Made by a program: the position numbers and the translations under genes
Assembly: GCA_002104905.1 (NCBI GenBank)
Contig: MCFE01000053.1
Location: forward strand, 124,001-188,000
Length of the DNA stretch: 64,000 nt
Origin: Basidiobolus meristosporus CBS 931.73
Taxonomy: Eukaryota; Fungi; Basidiobolomycota
Reading direction: 5' to 3'
Notes under the pieces: generated by a model
What the model was told of the DNA's origin: nothing
Database searches by the model: none
The model's input: the letters and a program-made list of their open reading frames with translations, nothing else
Shown here: positions 35,620 through 48,562 of the stretch, in pieces
Position numbering within the stretch: the first letter of the stretch is position 1
How the letters are laid out: every line of letters starts with the position of its first letter

Positions 35620-35852
35620 ATTCATATTTGTTGAATGGTCCACGAATTTCGGTTTCTTTAATCATCTCAGACAAGAGATATTTCCAACGAAGTTTGCATA
35701 GTACTATGGTTTATCTAATCAGAAATAAATCAAACGCTACTAGAATGTACACGCAAAAAATTCAACATTTAAATGTTGAAATCATTCGCATTTGGCGGTA
35801 CCTTTTATTTTGAACCAGTAACCTTGGGCTTGAGTTAGGCGCGAACGTCAAC

Positions 35853-36794
35853 ATGGTCTTGTATTTCACTAGTAAAGGTAGGGGTTTGGCGAAATCTTGA
35901 ACAATAATCGAGCCATAGAATAATTGACACTCTTTGTACCTAGTCGTCAATCCACCCGCCTTGATTTACATGGGCAAGGATAAATACGAAAGTGAGTCTT
36001 GAATTCGCTGATTCCCCTAAACGCACTGTGGTACTTACGCAAACCTACTCTTTCACTGGTAGATGAAAGCCTTATCAAATATGGTTGGGATCGGGACGTA
36101 TGGTAGGTTGTCGTCTTGTAAATGAAGATTCCGAAAAAAGCAGACCTCCCTTGCTTTTACTTCGACTTGTCTAATCTGTATGACTTATATTACGTTTTAT
36201 TGACCTTGTAGGGTACGTGAAACATGATTTGACTTGCAGACTGGTCGAAAACGCTCACTCTGTTTTGCTTAGTTCCACGTCGATAAGCTTTCCAGCGCTC
36301 ACGTATATCTACGTCTAAATCCTGGGGATAGCTGGGAGAACATTCCAGAGGACCTGCTTAACGATCTTGGACAGCTAGTCAAAGCCAACAGTATCGAGGG
36401 AAACAAGAAGAATGACCTTACTATTATCTATACTCCTTGGTCAAACTTAAAGAAGACCGGGGATATGGCCACCGGACAAGTCAGCTTCCACAACCAACGT
36501 TTGGTGAAACGGGTTTACATCGAGAAACGAGTCAACGAGATCGTCAATAGATTAGAAAAGACCAAACAAGAGAAATACCCTGATCTTCAAGGGGAGAGGG
36601 AGGATTATGAAAGAGAGAAGAGAAAGGCACTCCGCATTAAAGAAAACAAATTGAAGGAGGAGGAGAAGCGCAAATTGGAGGAGCAGAAGAAAATGGCTGA
36701 ATTGAAAACTTACAGCAACATTTTCAAAGAGGAAGAGATGAGAACTAATCAAGATTATGACAATCCCGAAGATTTTGAGGATGATTTCATGTAA
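35853..36794 (+). CDS. CCDC25: CCDC25/Jlp2 (NFACT-R/DUF814-like) protein, multi-exon
   Basis: Spliced MVLYFTSK..PPALIYMGKDKYENE..IKYG...FHVDKLSSAHVYLRL...LVKANSIEGNK...YTPWSNLKKT...EDDFM*. Confidence 0.88.
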
Positions 36795-37207
36795 TGAATT
36801 CCGGAGATACGGTGTCTTTAGCGCCCTCACACTTTCCATTCATTCCTGAGTGTGTCGAGCTCTTTCAATTGATAATAAACAGCCTAATGTGCAATTCCAA
36901 CATCCATACCAACACCACCTTGTAAGACTTGGTTCAAGTGGCTATTTTGCTTAGTTAAATGTTCAAGTTGGTGGCTTCCGGATTATTTATGACGGTTTAA
37001 GCATGAATTTCGGAGACTTGCTTAAATCGAGCGGGAGGAAAAAAAATCGGTTACTGCCGGATTTCCGAATGTATTATTGGTTAAAAAGTTTGATTGACTA
37101 TTTTGCATTGAGATGGTCGAATAAAGTGAATCTTCCCACTTGCTAGTCTACTCCTTCTCTTCTGGCGTATAGACCGTGGTATTAAGGCGTCAGTATAATA
37201 CTTGAAA

Positions 37208-37916
37208 ATGGTTAGTATACAGTACAGTATTTTGATGTAATTCCTCATGTTGTTGCGAAGATGACATTCTTGCTGAGGTGCCAGCACGAGTGAAATCATT
37301 TTCGCAGCACTCCTGTGTATCCATTCTGTTGCGCTTATACATACATCCCACCACCTAAATCCATACTAACCTGCGAGTTGTATAGGCCGCTGAAGCTTCT
37401 CCCTCTACCAACCCCATGCGCGAATTGCGTATTGAAAAACTTGTTCTCAACATTTGCGTTGGTGAATCTGGTGATAGACTTACCCGTGCTGCTAAGGTGT
37501 TGGAACAATTGACTGGTCAAACCCCAGTGTACTCCAAGGCCCGTTATACTGTCCGTAGTTTCAGTATCCGTCGTAACGAAAAGATCGCTGTTCACTGCAC
37601 CGTCCGTGGACCCAAGGCTGAAGAGATCTTGGAGCGTGGTCTTAAGGTCAAGGAATACGAATTGAAGAAGTCCAACTTCTCTGCCACTGGTAACTTCGGT
37701 TTCGGTATCCAAGAACACATTGATTTGGGTATCAAGTACGATCCTTCCATTGGTATTTACGGTATGGACTTCTTCGTTGTCTTGGGCCGCCCTGGTTTCC
37801 GTGTTGCTCGCAGAAAGAGATGCCAATCCAAGGTTGGTTTCTCCCACCGTGTCACCAAGGAGGAGACCATGAAGTGGTTCAAGCAAAAGTATGATGGTAT
37901 CATCTTGAACAAATAA
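37208..37916 (+). CDS. RPL11: 60S ribosomal protein uL5 (L11); ATG-only first exon plus a 174-nt intron
   Basis: [51 protein letters not shown]. Intron 37211-37384 (GTTAGT...CTAAC...TAG). Confidence 0.97.
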
Positions 37917-38633
37917 ATTTGCTCTTCATGTTAATTTCCTTGTCTCGAGTCCAATGTGTTTGGCCTGAAGACTGATTGAATAAATTAATGCTTGAATACC
38001 TATAAACCATTCTATCTGCTGTTCCAAACACATGAACTCCAAGCCCAAGGGCAGTGGAGAGTTCACCGGAACTAGATGTGACAGGTGATTCATCATTTAG
38101 GCGCTTTTGGGTTGATTCGCAGAATGCGTGGGAAACCGTACTTTAGAGCTCCGACCTCGTGGTCGGCCATTAACGTTGCCTTCAATTCGCTGCATTGCTC
38201 CGTAGTGAGAATTTGGCGGGGTGTTAAGGTTAGGCTTGTGGATTTGAGAAGCTAATCACCGTGCTATTCAGCCAGATTATTTTAACTTGCATCGGGGATC
38301 GTCTCGATCTCAGTCAGGTGGGATTTTTTGGATGGACATGCTCTAGTTCACATGAAAATACGAACTGCTGTAATACAAATTGATCAGTGAATCTCCTGAA
38401 GAAACGTCATTGTCCGGTGCTTATAGTGCACCTGTGATCATGAGACCTCGGAAGAGACTATAATACGCTTGCCTTCAAATATTATGGCATCCTCTGTGAT
38501 TCAAATTACTAAGGGAATATTGATTGCCATGGTTTATTATTATGTTGGTTCTAAAAACTACATAAAAGGGAGGGATTAGCTTGTCTTCATTTGACGCAAC
38601 CGCATCAACCCCCTCGTACTTTCCGTCATCAGA

Positions 38634-40020
38634 ATGTCTTCCCTTTCAGTTTTCAGTAAGCGTATCATTCCTGCCTTGAGATCTGCCAGGGTCTTGGCTT
38701 CCGTTCAGCCTGCAAGGTTTGTCTACATCCGGCCCACTTGGCGGATTCAATGTGCTAATCAGTCTACTTAGATATTTCTCTCAAACCCATGGCGCCTCCA
38801 ACCAATTCGCTTCTTTGAACTCTTTGACTGAGGAGGAAGGAATGTTCCGTGACGCTGGTAAGGACACTCACGCTGAATTCCTACGGAGGTAGTGGTTGAT
38901 CCAATATTGTGTTTCGCTAGTCGCCCGATTCGCCGCTGAGCAGGTGCAGCCTAAGGTGTCCGAGATGGACGAAAAAGAAACCATGGACAAGAGTGTCATC
39001 CAGGGCCTATTCGAGCAAGGCCTCATGGGCGTGGAAACCAGTTCTGATCATGGTGGTGCCAACGCCTCTTTCCTCTCCGCTATTATTGTCGTTGAAGAGC
39101 TTGCTAAGGTTGATCCATCAGTTTCGGTGCTCTGTGATGTTCAGAATACCCTGGTCAACACATTGATCAGAAAATACGCCTCCAAGGAGCTCCAGGACAA
39201 GTACCTACCTCAGTTGGCCTCCAACAAGATCGGATGCTTCTGCTTGTCTGAAGTTGGTTCCGGTAGTGACGCTTTTGCTCTTGCCACCAAAGCCGAGGAC
39301 AAGGGTGATCATTATTTGATCAACGGCAGCAAAATGTGGATCACCAATTCTGGTGAGGCAGAGATCTTTTTGATCTTCGCTAATGCCGACCCTTCCAAGG
39401 GTTACAAGGGAATCACCTGCTTCCTTGCTGAGAAAGACATGGGTGTTCAAATCGCTAAGAAGGAAAGCAAGCTTGGTATCCGTGCTTCATCCACCTGCTC
39501 CTTGAGCTTCGATGACCTCAAGGTACCCAAGGAGAACATCGTTGGTGAGTTCGGAAAGGGCTACAAATATGCCATTGAGATCCTCAACGAAGGCAGAGTA
39601 GGAATTGCTGCGCAAATGATTGGTTTGGCTCAGGGTGTTCTTGACCACACTATGCCCTACCTGTTCCAACGTAAACAATTCAACCAGCCCATCGGCAGCT
39701 TCCAAGGCATGCAATTCCAATACGCTCAGGTTGCTACCGAAATCGAGGCTGCCAGACTCTTGACCTACAATGCTGCCAGATTGAAGGAGCAAGGCCAGAA
39801 CTTCGTCAAGGAGGCTGCTATGGCTAAGTTGTATTCATCCCAAGTCGCCGAGAAAACCGCCTCGAAATGCGTAGAATGGATGGGCGGTGTTGGGTTCACT
39901 CGTGAATTCCCAGTCGAGAAATACCTTCGTGATAGCAAGATCGGTGCCATTTACGAAGGAACCAGCAATATCCAACTACAAACTATCGCCAAGTTGATGG
40001 CCAACAAGTACACTTCTTAA
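38634..40020 (+). CDS. ACADSB: Short/branched-chain acyl-CoA dehydrogenase, mitochondrial, 3 exons
   Basis: [54 protein letters not shown] and [17 protein letters not shown]. Presequence-like exon 1. Confidence 0.92.
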
Positions 40021-40299
40021 ACCCAATCGTCTCTGCATTTCATCACATTCTTAAGCCTCACCTTCGTATTATACAATAAATCCACCATTTGCATGAATTT
40101 CGATGATGTTCGCACCAGACCGTTTGCTCGTAAATAGAGATTTATTGCGTTAGTGAGATGACAACAATCGGATGCTTCTGAAAAATGTTGGGTGATGATG
40201 GTATTGTTAGTGGGAACAGTCAGATGTGTCGGGACAAGACTTCGAAAACATGGCATGTACACGGATTTTACTTCGCAAAGAAGATGGGGCTCATGTCAT

Positions 40300-40755
40300 T
40301 TATTCTTTCTTGGCTTGGCTCTCTTCCAATTCCTGCTTGCGCTTCAACTTCTGCATGTTTCTGAAACGGCGCATGTAGCTGAGAGACAGTTTGGGTGAGT
40401 TGCGAGGTTGTGATTTGGGGGGTAGGTCGAGTTCGTAACTTACTCATCGTATTGACATTTCTCGTAGCCGTGGCGCTCATCTTCACACTTCCAAGGAAGA
40501 TACCAGGAGGCTTCGCGACATTTGTTTAGGGGGATAAGAAGATGTGCGCAGCTATCACGGAAGGCTAGTGGGATTCTGGCATCAGCCATTTCCTTTTGGG
40601 TTGCGACCATTGGCGGCGGTGGCTCCAAGGTAAAGTCTGAGTTCAGCAAGCAACATTAGTATACTTGACGTGAAGAGGAGGATTTAAAGCAATGCATAAT
40701 CGGGCGTGAGTGTCCTTTAAATTTCAAGAGACTAACCTTCGGTTTCGGTGGTCAT
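40300..40755 (-). CDS. NDUFB7: Complex I subunit NDUFB7 (B18), 3 exons
   Basis: MVATQKEMADARIPLAFRDSCAHLLIPLNKCR...YLPWKCEDERHGYEKCQYDDYMRR: twin CX9C motif. Confidence 0.92.
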
Positions 40756-41239
40756 ATGTGGGATTTAATTCAGAAGCGACAAAGGGCAGAACACTTTGAG
40801 CTAATTAGAAAGTTTTGGATCTGGGACACTGCGATATTCAACATAGAATTGTTGGGGTTATTGGGGAGTAGAGGCCCCTTCTTTTTTTCTCAACATTGAT
40901 TTCCACTGGAGGTGCGGGGTAGGGGAGTAGGTCCAAGTCACTACAGGAAGGTTGAGGAGCCCCAGTATTTCACCGGATCAGCATTGATTTCATTCCTATC
41001 TTAATCAGGAACTTAACCTCAACTCAGATGCCATTGACAACCAATTATGCACAAAGGTACACACGCTCTAGGTGATCCAATAAGATAATAAGTCAAACTG
41101 GCTAATATGGAACATGTAGGAGAATGTATAGGGATGCAGATCGATTACCTTCAAGTGACTTCTATTTAAGTGCCTTGATATCCCTGATTTGACCACTTAT
41201 AATCTGGGCGAGTGTTCAGGAAAAGAAGCCTCTGTCACC

Positions 41240-43506
41240 ATGTCCGGTGTATTACCCCTTCACAAAGATGAGAATGCTGACACACACACGAAACGGCGGT
41301 GTGCTCCACCGAAGTTGAATCGCCGTTGCTTACAGTTTGGACTCATTAGCGTCGGGACTTTGGTGCTATATCTGGGATTTCGTGCGCTATCCTCTTCAGT
41401 GTATATGGCAAACGTCAACCAATCCCTACTTGTGTCTCAAAAGATTGCATCAGACTGCCCAGGCATCTTTGCCTCTAAGAGTCCCGAGGTTCCAAGATAC
41501 ACAACCTCTGGCGGCACCTGCACTGCCTATGAGGATCAAGAGCATTACGCTTTATCGGAGAAACGTCGCAACCAGGTCAAGGAAGGGTTTCTTCATGCCT
41601 GGAACAGTTACGTGGAAAATGCGCTAGGGTGGGATGAAATAGCTCCTATAACCGGCAGGCCCAACAATAGGTACCTCGTTGATACGGTTCTTTGGTTGAT
41701 CACAAGCTAATGTGTTGATGTCATTTTGCCACAGGTTCAATGGGTATTAACATCGGTCACCAGCAACGCACTATGGAATGCTCTGATTAATCGTTCTATA
41801 TTTTAGCTGGGGTGCTACTCTATTCGACTCGTTAGACACTCTGTTGATTATGGATTTAAAAGTCGAGTTTAATGAAGCCAAGGAGTACGTAAGAGGAGTG
41901 AACTTCAATGAGAGTGTAAGTAAGTCATGTCGACTGATCAGGATGGAGAACTGCTAATCTGTTATGCAGAATAACGTAAACTTCTTTGAGACAACTATCC
42001 GGTACTTGGGGGGATTAATGAGTGCTTACGAATTATCGAATGAGCCGATACTGCTGACCAAAGCCCAAGAGTTAGGAACTCAGCTTCTAAAAGCTTTCCA
42101 ATCGCGTTCTGGATACCCGTACAATTTTGTAGACTTCGTAACGTAAGTGTGGTGTAGAACTCTGATACAGTGAGAAGCTAAGCATTTCTTTGTCCAGTGG
42201 GAGGGCCAATAATGCCGGTTGGACGGGAGGCAATAGTATCCTGGCAGAAATTGGCTCATTTCAACTCGAATTCAGACGATTAAGTGACTTGACAAAAGAC
42301 TCGAAATACCACGAAAAGGTTCATCTTTTGCTATATCTCCACCCAACTTTGGCTTACCTTCTCGTCAGGGCCAGAAAGTGATAGATATGCTGGACCGTAT
42401 TAAAACCCCGTATCCCGGCCTATTTCCGATCTACTTGAACCCCGATACGGGCAAAGCTGAGAGAAGTCAGTAATTGTGCGCTATTGCCTGACAAGTCCGC
42501 CTTCTAACCCACCATGCTAGGCTCCATTTCTTTCGGTGCACTGGGCGACAGTTTCTACGAGGTAATTGATCCTGATACATTCCTGTCAGTACAACTCACT
42601 CATACGCCTTGCGCCAGTACCTATTAAAGCAGTATCTAATGACTGGAAGTAAGATTGACCAATACCGCCGCATGTGTATGTTGATTCTCGGTGAACATAG
42701 TCACCTCTCTATAGTTGCTAACCCCCATCCGCGATACCAGACGAAGCCTCAATTGATAGCATGAAAAAGTACATGATTGCTGAATCCCACGGCCAAACCT
42801 ACTTATCTGCATTAGACTCTGACCTAAAAATCGTGCAATCTTTGGAGCATTTGGTATGGCAACTTTCTGTAGTATAGCGGTGATTGCGTATGCTGAAGAT
42901 TCGTTGGATAGACCTGCTTTGCCCCTGGCCTTCTCGCCTTAGGCTCAAAAACATTGGGTCGACCGGATGATATGGAATTAGCTAAAAAACTCGTTCAAAC
43001 ATGTTACAACACCTATGCTACGACTAAAACAGGGCTTGGACCAGAAAACGTAGCCTGGTACACAGAATCAGATTCACTTGATAATTTATCGCCAGAAAAT
43101 GCTAGAGATGTCTTGGATCATGGGTTTTACCCACGCACTCCCTACTACATCTTACGACCAGGTAACACTATTCTTACCACAACCAACCCACCAAACTTAC
43201 ATGACCTTGCACCCTTTAGAAACGGTCGAAAGTATATTCTACCTTTACCGATTGACCGGCGACCGAAAATATCAAGAATGGGGTTGGAACATCTTTAGTG
43301 CCCTTGAGAAATTCTCGCGCGCAAAGTTTGGCTATTCCGGGCTTGACAACGTGCAGGACCCGAACTCCCTGGACAACAAGATGGAGAGTTTCTTCATGGC
43401 TGAAACCATGAAATACTTGTACCTATTGTTTTCCTCCCCAGATCTGATCAACCTGGAAGAGTATGTGTTTACAACGGAAGCGCATCCTCTAAAGATTAGA
43501 CAATAA
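41240..43506 (+). CDS. GH47 class I alpha-1,2-mannosidase (type II membrane), many introns
   Basis: N-terminal TM segment, then [68 protein letters not shown] and [20 protein letters not shown]...FTTEAHP. Confidence 0.93.
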
Positions 43507-43588
43507 TATAGAAATATCCACCAGTTTCCTGCACTGTGATGGCTAAATATGAGCTTTTATTCTCGTCAACTATCATAAATATCATTGA

Positions 43589-44005
43589 TCAGGCCTTCAA
43601 TACCACGTTAGTGGCATTTTCGTACTCTTCGAAGAACTGGTCGCTCAGCTGATCGAACCTATCTTCCTGCTTGTCGACATAATCCTCTTGCTTCTCATCG
43701 TCATCCTCCTTCAACAGCGCCTTTCTTGACGCTTCCCATTGATGACGCAGCTGCTTCTCCATGTCCCGTAGGTTCTTCAGATGATAAAGTACCTCGGAAT
43801 GTGCCCTGTACCCCTCAGCAATTCCTTTTGCATTCACCTTCTTCTCTATTTCTTGGAACTCCTTGATGGACTTTGTGTAAAATTCAATCCGATCACTTGT
43901 GACTTTTTCATAATTAGACAAGGATTTGGATTGATTAGTGCTAGCCAGTGCCAGTCCCGCGAGCAAAGACCAAATCAAGCTGAGAAATAACCTATGGGCC
44001 TTCAT
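43589..44005 (-). CDS. Small secreted, charged helical protein of unknown function (138 aa)
   Basis: Signal-peptide-like MKAHRLFLSLIWSLLAGLALA, then an uninterrupted Glu/Lys/Asp-rich ORF with coding-like codon use. Confidence 0.65.
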   Translation of the reverse strand: MKAHRLFLSLIWSLLAGLALASTNQSKSLSNYEKVTSDRIEFYTKSIKEFQEIEKKVNAKGIAEGYRAHSEVLYHLKNLRDMEKQLRHQWEASRKALLKEDDDEKQEDYVDKQEDRFDQLSDQFFEEYENATNVVLKA

Positions 44006-44320
44006 GAGTGTCAAGAGGATTGTGAATTCTTTACCACGGTTTACCAGAGCTTTATAGAACTAGGTGTTTCAATGGTAGAACAAACGGTTTCATCACCTCG
44101 GTAACAAATGCCCACAACGAGATCCGGAAGTTTCGAACAAGCAGTCATGTAAACACACAAACATCAATGAAAGCTATTCGCTAGCAGCAAGTATTTATTA
44201 TATACCAATTCAGAAATGGGAATAATATCGACGAAATACAAGTGTGAAATGATTTAAACATAATACATTTTCAGGTGTTTTGGCTAATAAACTCTATATA
44301 TAGGATTAAAGATTGATGAA

Positions 44321-45427
44321 TTAATCGAAGGTGATCTTGGTACCGCTGAATTCTCCGACACCACCACGGTTGGAGGAGAATCCACCACGGGAGCCACCGC
44401 GACCGCCACGAGCACCACCACGGCCTCCGCCACGGCCACCGCGACCACCAAAGCTCTGTCTGCGGTCACCGCCGAAGCTTTGTCTACGGTCACCACCGTC
44501 GTTGCTACGGGCAGCGGCGAAGTCAAGTCTGATGTTACGACCATCAAGATCGCTACCGTTCCATTGCATAGCGGCCTTGGCAGCGTCAATGGAGGCGAAT
44601 TGAATGTAACCGAAACCCTTGGGTCTGCCGGTATCTCTGTCAGTAGGAAGTCTGATGGAGAGAACCTCACCGCATTCAGCGAAGGCAGCTCTGATAGAGT
44701 CTTCGCTGGAGTTGAAGGAAAGGTTGCCAATGAAGAGAGTGTCACTGGGCTCGTTGTTCTGGCTCTCGAAAGTTCTTTCGGGCTTCTTGGCGGCGGGCTT
44801 ACCCTCGGAGAAGTCAACGCGGATACCACGTCCGTCAATCTCCTTGCCGGAGATCTCCAAAGCGTTCTTGGCACCCTCATGGGTGGCGAATTCGACATAA
44901 CCGAAACCCTTGGACTTGCCAGTGGCTCTGTCGGTGATGACACGAACGTCAACGATTTCACCGCACTCCTTCATCTCATCACGAAGCCAGTCATTATCAA
45001 CGCTCCAAGACAAACCACCAACGAAAACGGTAGTGGGGCCTTCCTCGACCTTTTGCTTCTTGGCCTCGGACTCTTCGGATTCCTCAGACTCGTCAGCGGA
45101 TCTCTTGTTGCTGGACTCCTCAGCTTCAGCAACCTCCTCAGCAGGAGTGGCCTCGGCCTCGGCTTCAGATTCAGAGGACTCCTCCTTCTCTTCGACGGGG
45201 GCAGCGACCTCTTCTTCCTTGGCCTCCTCCTCGGCTTCAGAATCGGAATCAGCCTTCTTGGACTTCTTCTCCTTCTTTTCCTTCTTCTCCTTCTTTTCTT
45301 TCTTCTCCTTCTTCTCCTTCTTGTCCTTAGGAGTCTTCACCTTCAACTTGTCCTCAGACTTCTCCTTCTTGGGGGTCTTTTCGACCTTGGAGGCCTTGGG
45401 GGATTTTTCGGTAACTTTGGAACCCAT
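44321..45427 (-). CDS. NSR1: Nucleolin-like Nsr1/Gar2 (basic/acidic N-terminus, two RRMs, GAR tail)
   Basis: RRM motifs VFVGGLSW...KSKGFGYVEF and LFIGNLSF...PKGFGYIQF. RGG repeats and terminal GTKITFD. Confidence 0.95.
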   Translation of the reverse strand: MGSKVTEKSPKASKVEKTPKKEKSEDKLKVKTPKDKKEKKEKKEKKEKKEKKEKKSKKADSDSEAEEEAKEEEVAAPVEEKEESSESEAEAEATPAEEVAEAEESSNKRSADESEESEESEAKKQKVEEGPTTVFVGGLSWSVDNDWLRDEMKECGEIVDVRVITDRATGKSKGFGYVEFATHEGAKNALEISGKEIDGRGIRVDFSEGKPAAKKPERTFESQNNEPSDTLFIGNLSFNSSEDSIRAAFAECGEVLSIRLPTDRDTGRPKGFGYIQFASIDAAKAAMQWNGSDLDGRNIRLDFAAARSNDGGDRRQSFGGDRRQSFGGRGGRGGGRGGARGGRGGSRGGFSSNRGGVGEFSGTKITFD

Positions 45428-45967
45428 AGTGATAGATGACGAGGATCTAGAAGAGAAGAGTGAATATACCCAACGCGAAAGTACCTTCTTATTTAATTCA
45501 AAAAAAAAACCTTTTCGTCAGAATTTTTTTTTCAGACTCACTTGACCTTGGAAGCGCACACCTCGATAGTAACTAATAAGGGTCGTGCTATTCGGGCCAC
45601 TCGCGTTGGTCAAAAAAAAAAATACGATTTTTTTTCCTTTGATTTAGGTGGTCCCATTTAAATGCCATTGATCAGCCTTCTAGTGACTCGTCTGTCCAAC
45701 CCAGTCACGCTGGATTTGGCCTGCTCCAGCTCGAAAAATCGAAGGCTCCAGCCCTCGATGATTGGCCACTTGGGGTCCATCAATAGGATGGGTCGTTGGT
45801 AGGTGCATTCCGGCACCTCGCCAGCAATCACTGTCACTATCACCGTCACAGCGATTTCGTTCAATGTTTAATAGTAATCATGGAAGCGGTTAAATCATCG
45901 CAAAGGCGCTTTAATATCTGATTAGACATATGTAACAATGATGGAATGAATATGGTTCCGCTCCAAC

Positions 45968-47643
45968 TTAAATATCCACGTCCCCATTTTTCAGGCGGTA
46001 GAGGAAGTTGAAGATTTCATAACCATCTTCACGGAGTCCACTATAATGCATCCAAAATCAGCACTCCATATTTGATGCCCTTCCGATTGACATTAAGAGG
46101 ACTTACTTGTGATGGTATTTGTTGGTGATCCACTGCTGCATTCCCTTGATGGTGTTGGCAGTTTGTTCGCTGAGAACCACATCGACAAACCTGTCATTCC
46201 GTAGAATTAGTGTCTCGGTTGGGTGGCTGAATTTGGTGGCGATACTTACATGTCGTTGTAATAAGATACAGCGGCCACTGGGACGGTGTTCTGACGAAGC
46301 TGATTTTCGTCATACAGAGGACCCCAGCTTTCATAGTTGGCGGTGATCTCTGCCGCCTCTTTAAGAGGTCTCAATTCGGCATAATCGTCAAACATCCAGG
46401 AGTACACCATTTCACCTGGTCCATATGTGAGTATCTATCAGAGGGAGAGGGATGGAAAGCGAAGTGCGCCCTAAACGGTTACCTGTGAAATAGACGGGCT
46501 TCTCGGAGTTGTTATGATAAGCATCCCAGTTGCTTTCAAACTGGTTGTATTCAGCCCGCACCCTTTCGGCTGCCCACCTGTGGGACTCGCCTTGACAGTA
46601 GATGGACTCGTGTAAGATTGCATAAATGTTGTTGGTGTCAAAGGATTGGAGTTCCTGGACATTCTCCAAGAACTTATACGAAAGTTTTCCCAAGGTCTCC
46701 AAGTTGGAAGCACCGGTCAAGACTACTTGATGGACCGTGTCAAAGCCACCTGTAAATCCGAAGAAAAGACCAAGCTGTTGGAAACGACGAACCGTAAGGT
46801 CACCGCCGTTTGGAACCTTGGTGGGATGGCTGGCCAGGTATTCTACAATCGCCCTCACTCTTGATACATCCTTAGGGTATTTCTGGTAGTATTGTTGGTT
46901 TCGCTTGATAACACGCTTATACAGCCGTTGGTATACAGAATCCGGGTTGTTCACGAGTGGTGGAACTCCACCAGTAATGAGCGCGAACTCCAAACTTTCC
47001 GGGAATAGGGAAAGATAGGTGGTGATACAAAAACCACCGAAACTCTGGCCCAAAAGAGACCACTTTTGGTTGTCCCTATCCTTAAGTAACTCTTTACGGA
47101 TTATCTCACAGTCTTTGATGATAGAGTCAGCCCGGAAATATCTCAGATACTCTGCCTTTTCCTCGGCGGTTGAGAATTTCTCCAAGGAGGTGGTGTTGAT
47201 GGCGGTGGAAAGCCCGGTTCCTCGTTGGTCAAGAAGGAGAACCTGATACCCTTTATCAAAGGCTGCCTTCATCCAACCACTATTGCTGGGAAGACGACAC
47301 TCGAAACCCGGACCACCCTGTTCACATACATGGTTAGCCTCTTATCCCACGTTTTCTTACTGTGCTCAAACTGACCTGGAGGTAAACAATGAAAGGAAGC
47401 TTCTCCACATCTTGGGACTTCTCCAAAGGGAGCACTTGGCGTGCAAAAATTCGAATTTTCTCACCATTCTCGTTGTTATGGTCTATTGGATACTCAGACG
47501 TATAGCTTGTTAGCAAGCCACGTTCGAATAAAAAATGCGAGTCGCTGAAACTGAAGAAACATACCGAGGGGGACTTCGAAATATTTGTCGAACACCTTCA
47601 AACCGGGGAGTACATAGGATTCCACTTCGTGCAACTGAGTCAT
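45968..47643 (-). CDS. Proline iminopeptidase (peptidase S33, alpha/beta hydrolase), multi-exon
   Basis: Spliced YVLPGLKVFDKYFEVPLD...LPFIVYLQGGPGFEC...LLDQRGTGLS...FRADSIIKDCE...LLGQSFGGFC (nucleophile GxSxG)...LITGGVPP...MHYSGLREDG. Confidence 0.9.
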
Positions 47644-48562
47644 ATTGAGCAAGGTATTCCGTTAAGCTGTTGATGACGGTGAATATTTCACTGAGCATGA
47701 AAATCACCATTCGTAATTGACTTTGCAGTACGAATCTTCGGTTCCACCAGGTTTCATTGGTTGAGACTCCACTTTAGCTCAAGCACGCCTAAACGTAAAT
47801 TAAATAGATTTTACGCAATTTGCATATAATATATCTGGAATTATAAGAAATCGCTACCCCTTTATGATCGATGAGTCTCGATACGATTAACCGATACACA
47901 TCCAGTGATTAGCCACTGATCAATTTTCCTCTCCGTGACTCACGTTTACTTTATTGATGTAAGACACAAGAAGCATGTCTATTGGCTACCAAAGTTCAGA
48001 ATGATTGGAGGAAATAAACTCACTCACCTTACAGATAAGGAAATTTGTTAGAAGCGGACTTACCTGATACCACCGATGAATGGACAACTTGTTATGAACT
48101 TCACTAATATATGGCAAAAAAAGCAATTCAAGAGACACCCAGAACCAGGAAATGATCAGACTTCGGAGGAATTGGGGCCAATTTTCGATTCCTAATCTTG
48201 GAGATCTATTTGATAAATCAAAGGAAAGCCACCAATTGGAAGCGACGGTCCTGCCCGACAGAATTGCAGTATTTACCAAACACCACAGGGCCAAATGAAG
48301 TAGTCGGGTTCCATCGAAGGTAATACAACCATCTTATGAATTGGGCTGTACATTATGTCTAGTGTGAACCAAGATGGTGATTAAGTATTCATAGATTTGA
48401 TGGCATCTGATGGGGTGTTGTGCGTTTGCTGCATGCGTACAATTTATTAGGTGGATGAAGATGCCAATAAAGTCTACTGTATTCGGGAAATATACAACAA
48501 TGAGTAATGCAAATGGCCGAAATCAATTGGGCGGAAGCTCTCAAAATGTGTCTACGAACAAG

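Noticed and set aside
37211-37384. C/D-box snoRNA in the RPL11 intron
   Set aside because: AUGA and CUGA are present but too close together and inside a stem, with no canonical RUGAUGA. Reported only as a hairpin.
44284-45545. Long antisense or alternative-frame ORFs over NSR1 (also over the cyclin, RPL11, ACADSB and aquaporin genes)
   Set aside because: Shadow ORFs caused by biased codon usage of the real genes; they carry no independent motifs.
47900-48400. Possible small multi-exon gene on the minus strand (GTAAGT and GTGAGT donor-like sites)
   Set aside because: No consistent spliced ORF or recognisable product could be built.
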